48,975 bases of DNA from Geosiphon pyriformis uo1. Taxonomy: Eukaryota; Fungi; Glomeromycota. The stretch spans positions 64,233 to 113,207 of the forward strand of contig JAAOMT010000036.1 of assembly GCA_016748015.1 (NCBI GenBank), read 5' to 3'. Made by a program: the position numbers and the translations under genes. Below the pieces are notes generated by a model. That model worked only from the letters and a program-made list of their open reading frames with translations, made no database searches and was not told the origin of the DNA. This document shows, one piece after another, positions 1 to 12,821 of the stretch (position 1 is the first letter of the stretch; every line of letters begins with the position of its first letter).

Positions 1-155
1 ACGGTTGTGCCGTCTTTGAAGACATTGATAACCTTATCAACAACATGACTTGGATATGGGTCAATTTTGATTGGTAGTTGATCGCGAACTGCTATTGAAT
101 CGACGAGGTTCGTTTCTGGTAGTAATGGTTCGTTTGTTTCAGTGGGTGAAGCCAT
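1..155 (-). CDS. 5' end of a hypothetical protein (MASPTETNEPLLPETNLVDSIAVRDQLP...), runs off the window; inverted copy of the gene at 20448
   Basis: Reverse complement of 1-155 is nearly identical to 20448-20602; ATG at 155-153 with a TATAAAA-like element upstream. Confidence 0.5.
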   Translation of the reverse strand, partial: MASPTETNEPLLPETNLVDSIAVRDQLPIKIDPYPSHVVDKVINVFKDGTT

Positions 156-949
156 AGTATTTAAGGTTCACGCTTCAAGTTTTCTATTTCTAGGATTTTA
201 TATAAGCTCTCACTTTATTATAAGGGCGTGAAGTAAATATACTAATTGCGGCCTGATTTTATAATTGTTAGCATGAATATACAAACTCATAAATCATCTT
301 TTCACAGATTTTATGATTAATTTTGAAACATTTACTCTATTATATTATTTGACTCAAATTTTTCAAAGTTTGAGTGAAGAGCAATTTGTGTTGTAAACTA
401 ATATTGATAGCAAACTTTCGTCATATTGAAGCTAGTTTAAAATCTTATAATAATAGTAGTTTGAATAAAAATATTTCATAATTTCGGCGAGAAAAAATTT
501 ATTTGACACAATTTTTAAGGAAATTCATATCAAAAGTTTTAAATTACAGGTTCAAGTTATTTTTTCTCGAAGAAACTTTAGGTTGTTTTAGATTTTTAGA
601 TGTGAATTTTAGAGATCCAAGAATAAACAATTAGGCTGTTGGATTTTAATTTTTCTTGGAAAATTGGATGTTTTTTTGCATCTTTGCGAGATAACCTTTT
701 ACTAAAGTTTGGTCAAAAACGCAAATTTTGTTTAACTTTGCTCCATCATCAGAATAAAAAAGTAATTTTATATATTGGCTAATACTGTATCGGGGTAAAA
801 AGTTAAAATACAGTTTCAAAAGTTTAGTTATTATTGATAATATTTCTAACGTGCTCTCGATGCCTATTGGGTTGAAAAATCAAACTTTAGCATTATGTTT
901 TAAGTCAGAAAACGATATAGTGATCATCGGCCATAAAAACAAAGATAAA

Positions 950-1067
950 AATTACGGCACCCTGTATTCCCGCGTGGTCCCCCACCGCAGTACTGACAGG
1001 GCCATCAGTGGCTTAACTTCGGAGATCGGACGGGTTCCGGTGCTTTTCACTGTGTATGGCCGTAATT
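950..1067 (-). rRNA. 5S rRNA: 5S ribosomal RNA
   Basis: Minus strand reads AATTACGGCCATAC...GAACCCGTCCGATCTCCGAAGTTAAGC...AGTACTGCGGTGGGGGACCACGCGGGAATACAGGGTGCCGTAATT. About 118 nt, complementary ends (helix I), conserved eukaryotic 5S motifs, followed by a T-run Pol III terminator. Confidence 0.96.
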
Positions 1068-2066
1068 AGAATTTATATAAATTTATTTTATTTATTCCAT
1101 TAAAACTCTGCTCCTTAATAGCACCATGTTATAATGCAAATTTCGCTGATCAATTGATTTTTGCTCTTTGATAAAAAACGAGCGTATACCATTTGTCAAC
1201 TGTACTTAATATTAATTTATATCAACTGAAACTTAAAAACTAGGGACACGACCAATTTAAATTAAAAAATTCTTTAAATTATTATTATGAAAATTTATCA
1301 ATCAAGTGTTTTGTTGAAACTGAGATATATATATATTTTTGAGAATGACCAAGGTTCCAAGAAATTCAAAACGCCGAGTTTCCAAATTCTTGTCAAATAA
1401 GTTGTATATTATCTACCTTAGGAGCAACCAATCGGAATATTACCCAGCCAAAAAAATTTATCTGGTTTTCGTATAGAATTTTATCATTTAGTAAAATAAG
1501 GTTGGGAACCACAAAATAGGTTTGTCTCCATAACAGAAAATAATAAATTTAGGCTTATTGTAATTTCGCTATCTCGGCTCATGTCCATTAATTGCTGACA
1601 AACAATATTTATAGAGATGGAAAATTTCCACGCTTGTGCAAAGAGATTCCTTATAGAATTTTATGTTTATTAATTGTAAAATGCTGGGTTCAAACGATGA
1701 AACTTGGTATTTCTTTATTAATGTTTGGAAAAATAGCACCGCAAAAATCTGTAAGCTACATTTGCTCGAAAAAATTTTTGTGTTATATATTAACTATGTC
1801 TACATATAATGTCTTGGAAATCTTTTCCGGTACATCAAACATTGAGATCACCTGTTTACAGATCAACACTTTTTAAACAGTGATATCAGTGGTTTAGCCG
1901 ATTCATAAATACCCACAATTTTCAAAGATTTCGGAGCTATCTCAGATTTTCCCGATTCAAGTCAAATTAAGATCCTTTGAATTAAAATTTCCCGCTGAAA
2001 ATTTTTGTCAAAATTTGAAATCTCTAAAATACACCAGGAACCCTCTCAATAGATTTACGATTTATT

Positions 2067-3376
2067 ATGCCAGGTAAACGTTCAGGCTCCAAATCAAACA
2101 GCCGTAAAACGATCGATAAGCGAAAATTAAATGGAAACAATTCGGCTCAAAAAGCCATACGAAAACCAAAGTCTCCAAAAAATAAGCAAAACTCGCGTCG
2201 CCAAAGCAGTCATGATTCCAACAGTGATTGGTTGCCGAAAGTACTGGATTCACAGCAAAGATTTCAGGCTGTACGCTGCGAATTTAATATTCCGAGAGAA
2301 TTTGATTTCGAAAATTTTTACACAGTGATCCTTTTTTGATCACCAAAATTTTAAAAAAGTCTTTCAATTTGTAGGTCGCTGATGCCGCTTCTCAAATTGC
2401 AAATGGATTTAGAAAATTTAGAGAGGCTATCATTAAAAGTCAAGGAGTGATCCCACCAGACCTTCGAACATGGATAAACCAAACTGAAAACAACGATGAC
2501 GATGAAGATGGATCAATCGAAATTTGTTCTGTTGCGTCTGCTGAACATAATTTTGTGTTATCTCAGAATACAAACCTGGTTCCTGTAATTGAACCTTCTA
2601 TTCCCTTGATACCTTTTATTCCTATCATACGCCAAGATAGTAAAACCTGTGAAAATGGCGTCATGCATTTAAATGACGCTGAAGCAACCAATCAAGATGA
2701 AGATCAAGACAAAGCAGCTTCCGAGCATCATTCAGTCAAGGAGCAAGCACAAGAAATACAAGTTTCCAGTAAAAATGAAGTAGATTCCCAAGAATGTGAA
2801 GGTTCGAATGAAAAACGAGAAAATGATGAGGTGGAAAGGGAAGCTTTAGATGAAGATGATGAAGAGGGACGGGAAGCTTTAGATGAAAATGATGAAAAAG
2901 GACGGGAAGCTTTAGATGAAAATGATGAAAAGGGACGGGAAGCTTTAGATGGAAATGAAGAAGGACGGGAAGCTTTAGATGGAAATGATGATGAGGATGA
3001 AGAAATGGAAGAAAACGATCAAAATCGTAACGAGGATCATGAAATTTCCCCTTCAAAAGAAAACGCAAGTGAAGAGGATAAGGCGGCTTCCGAAATTGCT
3101 CAAGAAGAAATTCAATTTTGGTCAATGGATCAGCGGGAAAAGTTAAACGAAGAATTAATCAAGTATTATTATAGGCGACAGGAAATTGACCCCGCCACTC
3201 CGGCTGATATCGCCAATGAAATATACGCACTCGCAACCGAAGAAATCGGCATCAAAGTTGAGAAATCTCTTCCGCAATATCTTGGTCGTTTTCGAACCCC
3301 AGCTCGAGCAACTCTTTGTAACGCCATTCTTAAGTGGATTGATCAAGAGAAACGTGAGCATGGAGAAATGGGTTAA
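2067..3376 (+). CDS. Uncharacterised two-exon protein (about 401 aa): basic N-terminus, conserved helix, acidic linker, conserved C-terminal helical domain
   Basis: Exon 1 2067-2270, GT-AG intron 2271-2374 (phase 0), exon 2 2375-3376 in frame with ORF 2447. The paralog at 31278-32319 has the same intron position and motifs (LDSQxxFQA|VADAAxQIAxGFRKFREAI; LATEEIGIxVEK...QYLGRFRxPARxTL). Confidence 0.88.
2837..2995 (+). repeat. Coding minisatellite, about 5 x 30-33 bp (REALDENDEKG-like units)
   Basis: GGGAAGCTTTAGATG recurs five times at 30-33 bp spacing. Confidence 0.9.
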
Positions 3377-4239
3377 ATTTAACGGAGAAATTAATTTTTT
3401 GATTGGCTTACTTGGTGGCTTTTTATACCTCACATCACCAACTCAATTTCAGGCTTGCATCCAAAAATTTTGGTAAAAAATGGCTTCCAAAAATCTAATT
3501 GGATAATTTTTGAGTTCTCATAAAATATTCTTAACACCCGTTTTTCGTATGAAAGTCTGGCTTCTTTTCAATACGATTGCATTGATGTGATCGACTGAAA
3601 TAAGGAAGATCTAGAAAAATTTTGTCATATTATTTTGGAAGTTGAAAAAGAAATAAATGTACATAGAGAAATAGTTGATCTTATTAATTGAAAATCCTTC
3701 AGTTTAGGTGCTAGCAATATCCATTAAAACCTGAAATTATTTGAATAAAAAAGTTAGCTTTAAACTTTTCTGCTATAGTTCTCAATTCGCGTTAAAAACA
3801 AGGATACACGCATATTTGCAAAAGGTCAGATTTTTCAAAAAGCAAATTTAAAAAATTAAAGCAAAGTCAGAATATTTAAAAGGTTTAGATGATTAAATAA
3901 AAATTTTATGCAAAGTATCGAGTTTTTAAGAGGATTGAAAAAATCAGAAAATAAATAAAAATTTTTCATTAAAATTGTAAAGTTTATTTTTTTTAATTCT
4001 GAGATAAAAATAGCATATCCACAAAAGGTTACAGAGACCAAGAATCTTTCTACGGAAGAAAATTTTTTTCAAATTTCCGAGAGTTTAATCATGCGTAAAA
4101 ATAAAAATGTAGAATATAAATTTTTTCTCGGAAGGGATAGAATTCTAGTTACATTCCAAATAGTAAAGATTTAAAAATTAATTACTATTACTAATCACTA
4201 ATATCTTTTATTTTTTAGGAAATTTTTGTTTTATCATAT

Positions 4240-4880
4240 AATGCACTTTTTAACTTGGAGTAATTGCTGTTGTATTTTTTGTTTTCAAAAAGAATTCAGG
4301 ATACTCTTCTTCATATTATTATAACTCACAATAGCTTCTGTCTCACATTCATACATATTGTCATATTCCAATCTTTGGCATGGCCTTCCCAAATCTATTT
4401 AGCTCGGTTAGGATAACTGATTTTATTAACTTTAAAGTCATCTTGAATATACCTCAACAGATAAACTTAAAGGCATAAAGAAAGAAAGAATATTGATATG
4501 AGATTCGATGAGTGGAAGAATATTAATCGACATTTGAGGTAAAGTCTTTAAAATAGTATGCTGCCATTTCTTTATTTAGATGCTTGGGTAAAATTTACAT
4601 GGTATTACGTGTCCAAAATAGTCATCTCAAAGATGCTATAGTATCTAATTAATCAAATACATTTGTCAATGGGTTTGTCAAAGGCAGCTCCAAATTCTTT
4701 TTAACTAATTTGATAAACATCAAATTTAGGCTATCTCTTTGAAGTAAAGACCGGTCCTTGCAAAGAAAGATTTGAAATGGTTCTTCACTCATCTTTAAAA
4801 GATGCTTTAGCTTACCAAAATTTTATGAAAAGAAACAGTTTAATAATTTAGAAAAGGTAAATGCGACAAATGATAATAAC
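4240..4880 (-). pseudogene. Heavily decayed BTB-BACK-TLDc paralog fragment
   Basis: Minus strand gives ...EEPFQ...LLQRDSLNL...ILPKHLNKEMAAYYFKD, aligning with LLQRDDLKM...ILPKNLKKEIWAHYLKT of the 5366 gene; many stops, frameshifts and deletions. Confidence 0.7.
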
Positions 4881-5365
4881 ATTCGAATGAATAAAATTTT
4901 TAAAAGGCAAATATTTTAATCTGGTAAAATAAGCTTATGTTTACAAATTTTTATATAATTTTTTTCACTATATTACTTTTTGTTATTAAGTTTTTAAAAT
5001 TGCCTTAATAAATCCTAATATTATTCTAAATTAAAGAAAATATTACTTTGTAAGCTAGCTTTGAATTTTAACCGGCTTTGAATCTAAACTAATCATTGTA
5101 TTTTATATTGTTATAAATTGACAATAATTTATTTTAAAATTAGGAATAGAAAAATTTAAAATTATTTGTAATAGAAATTCACTTGCTAAACGGTTATATA
5201 TTTAAAAATTAACTTAAAAAATAAAGTTAAAGGTATATATCAAAGCTGTTGCGATAAATGATTGATTGATTATCAGCTTATTATTTTTCAAAATTGAGAA
5301 GCTGGTTTAGAAGAAGCTATTTAGTTAGAATTTTTATTACTCTATATTTTCTTAATAATTTTTTA

Positions 5366-6855
5366 ATGACTAGATTTACCGAAAATCTTTTACATGACCT
5401 TAGTAAGTTATTGCAAAACTCGGATGAATATAATATGACTATTGAAGCCGGCGAAAAAGCAGGGCGTAAAAAGTTTCAAACTCATTCTATTGTTCTTCGC
5501 GCTCGTTCCCCTTATTTTCGACGAGTATTGTCAAATGGCTTGGCAAAAAAAAAGGGCATAATATTAAAACTCAAGAAACCAAATATTGCGGCGAAAATAT
5601 TCGAGATTATTCTCAGGTTAGTTTAGTTTTGATATTAAAAAAATAGTCTGAAAACGAAATATTTAAATTCATTTACATTTATATACCCAATTTTAGGTAT
5701 ATTTATACTGGAGTAGTGAATCTAAATGAAGAAAAAGGAGCCGATGTCTTTCAACTATTAATAGCTGCTGATGAGCTTGAACTTTTTGAATTAAACAATC
5801 ACACTCAAGAGCATCTCATTGAAAAGGAATCTAAATGGCTGCAAAAAAATATGATCAAAAACATGCACATAATTTCTCGTCATGAACATTTCGGAAGCCT
5901 GAAGGAGCATTGTTTCCAAATGATTAGTGAAGGACCACATTTTATCTATGAATCAATTGATTTCCTTTCTTTAGAAGAATCAATCCTTGTGTCTTTGCTT
6001 CAAAGAGATGACCTTAAAATGGAGGAAATTGAAGTGTGGCAATCTTTAATCAAATGGGGCATTGGGAATACACCAAGACTTGTTAAAAAGAAGTTAGCGA
6101 GCTGGAATCTAAAAGATTTCGCTGCCCTTCAGAAGACTGTTCATCAGTGTATCCCATTGATCAGATATAATGATATCTCTGGAGACGACTATTTTGAACA
6201 CGTCATACAATATAAAAGAATCTTGCCAAAAAACCTAAAGAAAGAAATCTGGGCACACTATCTTAAGACTACGCCTCAACCAGGGATCCATGTTCTTCCA
6301 CCCCGAGTTCGTTCTACCGAATCTCGAATCATAAACTCAAGACATATTAAAATCATCTCCTCATGGATTGATCATGCCATTATAAAATATAAATATCCTT
6401 ACACTTTCAAGCTTATCTATTGAGGCAGTCGTGATGGCTTTACGGTTTGTATTTTTCAAAATCTATGCCGTAATCTGTTAAAAACCGTTATCGTAGTCAA
6501 GATAACTGGATCTGGGAATATTGTGGGAGGCTATAATCCCTCACACTGGGGTGGCTACCCGCCTGCAAGTCATTATAATTATATGCAATTCGTGAGTGCG
6601 GCTGATGCTTTTGTTTTTGATATGGGTAATGGGAAAAATCCTGTCCTCGCAAAGGTTGCTCGTAGTACAAGTGGAAACCAAATAGCTTACTATGAAAGCT
6701 ATGGTCCATATTTTTATAATGACTTATTCTTTGGCGATAATTGCAACGTACAAAAATCATGCTGGCATCATTCGAACTGGTTTAAACCTTATATTTTTGA
6801 TCATGTGATGTTTCAGGTCGATGAGTTGGAAGTATTTCAAGTTATTAATAAATAG
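5366..6855 (+). pseudogene. BTB/POZ-BACK-TLDc gene with an in-frame TGA at 6421-6423 (truncated product or pseudogene)
   Basis: Exon 1 5366-5616, intron 5617-5696, exon 2 5697-6855. BTB motifs HSIVLRARSPYF, KPNI, YIYTG; BACK-like LLQRDDLKMEEIEVW; TLDc LIY*GSRDGF...IVGGYNP...ELEVF. The frame continues past the stop; the paralog has CGG (Arg) there. Confidence 0.88.
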
Positions 6856-9299
6856 ATGAAAAATGATTTTATTATAACTAGAGTTTTTAAAAATACGATG
6901 TCTTTTTCAATTATGTAATGTAACCTGATAGAACTATAATTAAATCTTTGATTGAAACATTTTCTAATGCTCATAGTTTACAGTATATAATTTTTTAAAT
7001 AATTGTTGTATCTATTTTTATTGTTTTCAGAGTAGCTAGGAGATATATTAACAGCTTTTAAGTATGAATTTGAGTCATTAAAATTTTATTCTAGAAAATA
7101 TTGTTGGCTTTCACATAAAAAAAAGTTAAGTCATTTATTATTGATATTTTAGTTTTATGCGCACCAATTAAATATTATATTACACCATAGAAAAGGTTTT
7201 AAATATAATAAAAAAAAAATTATTTTTTAAAATAATTTTGTGTAAATTAAAATATTTTTTATAGTTATAATACTACAAATATAGAGGTTATGTTGTTAAT
7301 TAAAAATAACAGATAAATGCTACTTATTTATTCTTTCCTCTATAGTAATAAAAAGTTTTTTTCATTAAATTTGAAGAGAATTTTTTTAATTATTCATTTT
7401 ATTAAAAAATTTCTCAAATAAATAATAAATTCACATATTTAATAATTCAGAAAATTTTGCTTATTCGTTGCTAACAAGAACAATAACAATAATAATAACA
7501 ACAAGAAAATATATATATATATATATATATATAATTGGCTTTAAATAATTTTTAGTGAAATTCTAATATCACTTAAATAAAAAATTGGTTTGATAAAATC
7601 AAAAGCATTTTTTAATGATTGACTTTCAATAGCATATTAATTTTTTTGCTTAATTGGATTACAAAAATGAATAAATATATTAAAATTATAATATAATATC
7701 AAAGATTAAATTATAGATAATAACCAATAACTTAAGTTTTTTGCATTAAAATAATTGTATATTGTTTTTAATAACATATAAGCGTATACATTTTTTTGCC
7801 AATTTTTAAAAAATAAATTTGATTGTTAATAAAATTATTATATCTTTAAATTATTAATATATTTTTTACATTGAAAGAAAAATTGCGTTGATAGAGGTTG
7901 TATTTAGGAAAAGTTGAGTGTATATAGCTATTAATAAACTATAATATAATATAAAAATCTTATCTTTTTATTGGTAAAAAAAATTTAAAGATATTTAGGC
8001 ATTAATACTGTATCAATTAATCAGTTTTTTGATTGAATCTTATATCAATTTTTCTATTTATTTAGTTTCATATAAAATAGTGAAAATTAAAACTTGAAAT
8101 TTTAAATTCAAGATTGTGACAAAATAATGAATAAATTTTAAAATTCTAACGATAAGATATGGACAGTCTTTTTAGGATACATTACAAAAATTATTAAATT
8201 TTTGTGCAATAAATATTTTGGAAATTACTTTAGTAAAATTTATAATAATTTGTATATGAACTATTAAATTTTAATTTTCTTCAAATTTTAAAATATAAAA
8301 TCAATTAAAGAAAATTCATAAATATGATGTATTGTAGTATTGTTGTTTAAATATTAAAATAATAGTTTATTATTATTTATAAATTAAATAATAATTTAAA
8401 AAATATTTTAATTAAAATTTGATGAATTTTTTATAAATTTATTTATTTAAGATTTGATTAAAATAAATCAAAAAAGTAATTTTTTTTATAAAAGTATAAA
8501 TTTTATGTGAATAATATTCAGTAAATTCAATTTAAAATTATAATATTAACAATTAAATTAACATAAATTGATAATAATATTATTAAATTTTGAGAAAAAA
8601 GATTAAGATTATTACACTTATTTATAAATAATTATATAATAAAAAAATTAGGAATATTTGAAAGTTTAAAATATTTAATACACAATTTTGAAAAATTTTA
8701 ATTAAGTTTATTATTACAAAGAATTCCACAAATTTTAAATTTAATTTAAAAAAAAATATTAGATTATTATTATTATTAAATATTAAAAAAACTTTATATT
8801 AGTTATTAAATATTTGAAAATAAGAATGAAATTGTTTTAATAAAAAATATTTTTAAGGTATCATATCACTATTTTTTTTTTAAATATACATAATTTAATT
8901 TTTTGATTATAATATTGTCGTCTTTAAGTAATTTTCAATTCAGTAAACTTTGAATTTTAAAAATTTTTTTTTTTGGAAATCAAATTTGTATTTAAAGAAT
9001 ATTGTTAATATTTTTTATTAAAAGTTATATGCTTAATTTAAATATGGTTTAAAATAAGGTTTTAAATAGTAATTTTAAAATCACACTTGATAAATATTTT
9101 AGTCAAAAACTTGATTTAATTTACAATAAACTATATTTCAATAGAATTTTAAAAGGAAATTTAAGACCAACTTCGTTTAAAAAAAATTAAAATTATAGTA
9201 TTTTCTTATATTAGGATAATGCAGGTGAATAAAATATATATTATTATAATTATTTATTAGACACTAGAATTGTTATAAATCATATGAAATAATTAAAAA

Positions 9300-9510
9300 A
9301 TTAAGAATTCACTATATATTCCACTTAATAATAAAATAATAACTATTATAGTAAAAGTTTTTATTATTCATGGATTCAATAGGAGCGTTTAAAAAATATT
9401 AATGAAATCTCTAAAGGAGGATTCGATACATTTTCATAAAGCAAGATACATTGATGGATTGATTGATTGATTTAGATAGCATAAAATATCAAAGTAAAAT
9501 GGAATATAAC
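9300..9510 (+). pseudogene. Fragment of kinase exon 1
   Basis: Translates in pieces to WIQ*ERLKNINEISKGGFD...IDGLID...SIKYQSKMEY, matching exon 1 of the 23543 kinase. Confidence 0.7.
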
Positions 9511-10556
9511 TAAATTCATTCTGTCGGGTATGTTTAATTATGACCTAATATCTTTGATAATCGAGATTTACAAGCTTGGATTAAGTTAACGACTAAACAA
9601 TGAAACATCAAACTCAGAAAGAATAATATTTTTTTTAGGTGTGAGAGAACACTTTATAATAAATTGAAATGAATTTAACAAACATTATTATTATTATTAT
9701 TATTATAAAATGAAATTACAATATAATAAAGCTTATCATTATTATAAATAGAAAATGATCACGATTAGATTCATTAAGACTCATCTAAATATGTTATATA
9801 TAGCAAAATAAATAAGTGTTAGAAATTAGCATATCTATAAATTTATATTCAAACTTTTTTTATTCCATACACGAGTGTTTCAGGGTTTTGCGTAATCCCA
9901 TATATTAAAGAAATCCGGTTTAAGTCTCTACCCTTATCCGTTAACATAGCTCTTTAAATATTTGACTATCAACACAGTGTAAAAAAGTAATTAGATGATA
10001 TAAATAAGTAAACGATAATAAACAGTACATAGATAAATATAAATATAAATATAAATATAAATATAAATATTAATATAAATAGTTTGTTTACCTCTTTAAA
10101 CACTTTTTCACTGTTCGTTTTTATAATTTTTATTGCCACTTCCTTTCCTACTCCTCATCTTTCATATTCCATTGAACTATAATTTTTTATACTACTCTCA
10201 TCAATTAATCTATTAATTAGGGTTACTTTATAAATTATACTAAACCCTTCTCTAGCGATTTCGTTTATATTGGAAAAACGCTCCTTTGGAATTCATTCAT
10301 AGTTATTCAATTCACCATTACTTAATATACTAAATTCAACTTCATCATTAGGTGGAATATAGATTAGATTCTTGATTATTTCATCAATTACTTTATTGCT
10401 GCTTGAAAAGTCACGGTAAAGTTTTTCAAATAATATATAAAGTGACATTCAGCGCGGCTATTATCACTTTCGTATCAAATACTCGATTAAATTTTTTCAC
10501 ACAGGTCGCAATAATGAGCCTCTGAAAGACTTCTTTTAATTTCCTTTGTTTTCCAT
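9510..10556 (-). pseudogene. Kinase pseudogene (copy D) with the catalytic core deleted
   Basis: ATG GAA AAC AAA at 10556 then a frameshift; SSNKVIDEIIKN, VAIKIIKTNS, same intron donor (AAAGAG|GTAAACAAAC at 10092). Start of exon 2 (YGITQNPETL) breaks off near 9860, then 9510-9680 resembles the 3' flank of copies A/B. Confidence 0.85.
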
Positions 10557-11959
10557 GATGTGAATAAAGGACAAGTGCGGATAAAATGGTAATATTTCAT
10601 ATTCGAATTTTGATAAAATAGAGGTTTTCTTTGAAAAGCTTTATTTGATAATACGTTTAGAAAGTAATTCTTTAAAAGAGGGTTAGGAAATGTATTTATG
10701 TTGTTTTTCTATATTCACATAGTTCAACATATTAATTAATAGAATTATTTACCACACACTTTAACCTTGTAAAATGTCGTTATTACAATTCATATTAAAT
10801 AGGTTTAAGTAGCCAAACAAGTTTCCCATTATTTCATTGTCGTTGCCTAAGAAGGAAGCCAAAATATTTTCCCATTATCTTATTGTCATTGCCTAAATGA
10901 GTAGTTCAATTTCTTTATAGAAAAATAATAATAATAACAGCAATAATGACAAAACGGTTTAGACATCTTCTGAAGCATGAAAGATACCGTATCATTAATA
11001 TCACTATTAACTTTTAAGTACTTGAAATTAATTATAACATTTATTAAATGACTTATCACTTACATATTAAGATTATATTCTATTAATTTGTACTGGCTTT
11101 TCATAATTAAGATGATTTTTTTTGGATATTTTTACTTTAGATTTTCTAAATCTTAAAAGGGTTATCTTTTAAAATAAAGTATTTTGACGTTATGCTTTAG
11201 TAAGAGACATTTTTATTTTTAGTTTGCCTAATACTAAAACAAAAAATTTTAGTACATTTTAACCTAATATCGATTGCTTCAATTGAAAACTTTTGAATCA
11301 TTTATTATTTAGTTGAGTTATTCCCAAAAGAAAAGATTTTTTAAAGATAATTTTTATAAACCAATTAATTAGAGTATAACAAATAAGGATGATTTGAATT
11401 TCAAGTTTAAACTGCCATAATTAATAAGTTTCTCACTAATTAAAAATTCTAATAATATATTAAATTTAAGCTTATTTTCTCTTAGGCTCAAGTTTAATTT
11501 CTTATAGTGGATATGTATCATGTTTAGAATTTAATATTCAATAATGAAATTAAAATGTTGATGAAATCTTAAATATCATACTAGGATTTGATAAATATAT
11601 AAAAAAAAATTATTTACTTTTATCTCAAAATAGATTAAGAATTTCGTAAAAATAATACATTCTAACATGTATTTAATTAATTAACTAATTAATTTAATTT
11701 AATTATAATATTTTCTAATTGTCTTTAAACTTTTTTTTTAACATTGTAATTTACTGCACATAAATTATTAAATTAATTAAATTAAATTAAATTAAATTAA
11801 ATTTGGTTTAACATTTTAAAAATTTCAAAAATATATAATTTGTTTGAAAATATATAAATAATTATTAAATTTACTTTTATTATTTATTTAAACTATTTTT
11901 TCAAATTATATTATAATTTTTGATTAAAATAACATCAATATTTAATTATTATTAATATA

Positions 11960-12821
11960 CAGTCTGATAAGAAAAAAATTGGAAAAATATGAATCGATTA
12001 AGATTGCATTTGGTTAAACCATTTTTAGTAAGTTTTGTGATGGTAAAAATGGATACAAAATATTAGGTAATTGGCTGAGCTCTAAAAAGATTTTCTTGTG
12101 TATTAACTAATAGTTTTTTTTAATACTTGTCTTTGAAATGCCGACTTCGAAGCAAAAAACACAATGGCAAGGCGTATTACATTTTTGGAAGCAAGGAATA
12201 TAAAAGGTGAAAAAAATACAGAATAAAACGAATATACCCCTTTTTGCAATCTATAATATCCTCGAAAAATTCAAAAAAAAAGGAGCAATAAAGCATGTGA
12301 TTGGTAATGGTCGGCCAAAAAAGAATATGGGAAATGCTTCGAAAGTATTAGGACAGATTATTTGTAGAGATTCCTCAGTTTCGTCTAAATATTTAGCAAT
12401 AAAGTCGGCTAAGAAGGGAATAAATGTTTCTCATGTTACTATTCAAAACCATTTATCCAACCTTAATTATAAAAAAACCTTCCTAGAGCAACTCCAATGC
12501 TGACCGAAGAGCATAAGTGAAAACGTGTAGAATGGGCCAAAAAACACCTGAAAAACGATTGGAAAAGAACAGTTTTTATTGACAAAACACTCTTTTCAAC
12601 TTTTTCAAAACATGATAAAACATTGGCATAAAGGTACTCAACCAATTTGTCTTATGCCTAAAGATCGAACAAAAAAAATGATGAAAGAATTTCTTATTAA
12701 TTTTTTTTAATAAAACTATATGGTATTTGAATTTCAAATAATAGTTGTTTTATGTAATTTGGTACATTAGTTAAGACATAGTAATTATTTTTATATTTCC
12801 AATTTTTTTCTTACCAGACTG
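11960..12821 (+). mobile_element. Internally deleted Tc1/mariner DNA transposon (862 bp)
   Basis: 26-bp TIRs CAGTCTG(A/G)TAAGAAAAAAATTGGAAA with one mismatch, flanked by TA (11958-59, 12822-23). Broken transposase from 12138: HTH region, GNGRPKK, PMLTEEHK*KRVEWAKKHLKNDWKRTVFID; rest of the DDE domain missing. Confidence 0.93.

Larger units (their letters stand above)
1..1249. repeat. Left arm of an inverted segmental duplication (partner 19430-20602); probably extends beyond the window
   Basis: Reverse-complement match by eye from acggttgtgccgtctttgaaga (1) to ...aaaactagggacac (about 1249); scattered substitutions and one roughly 75-bp indel near 626-700. Confidence 0.95.

Noticed and set aside
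851-1069. 72-aa ORF duplicated at 19608-19826
   Set aside because: Antisense to the 5S rRNA gene; conserved only because of the inverted duplication.
2837-2995. Regularly spaced repeats as a possible CRISPR array
   Set aside because: Units are tandem and in-frame coding, with no unique spacers and no cas genes; eukaryotic context.
2736-3125. His/Leu-rich repetitive minus-strand ORF
   Set aside because: Shadow of the acidic minisatellite in the plus-strand gene.
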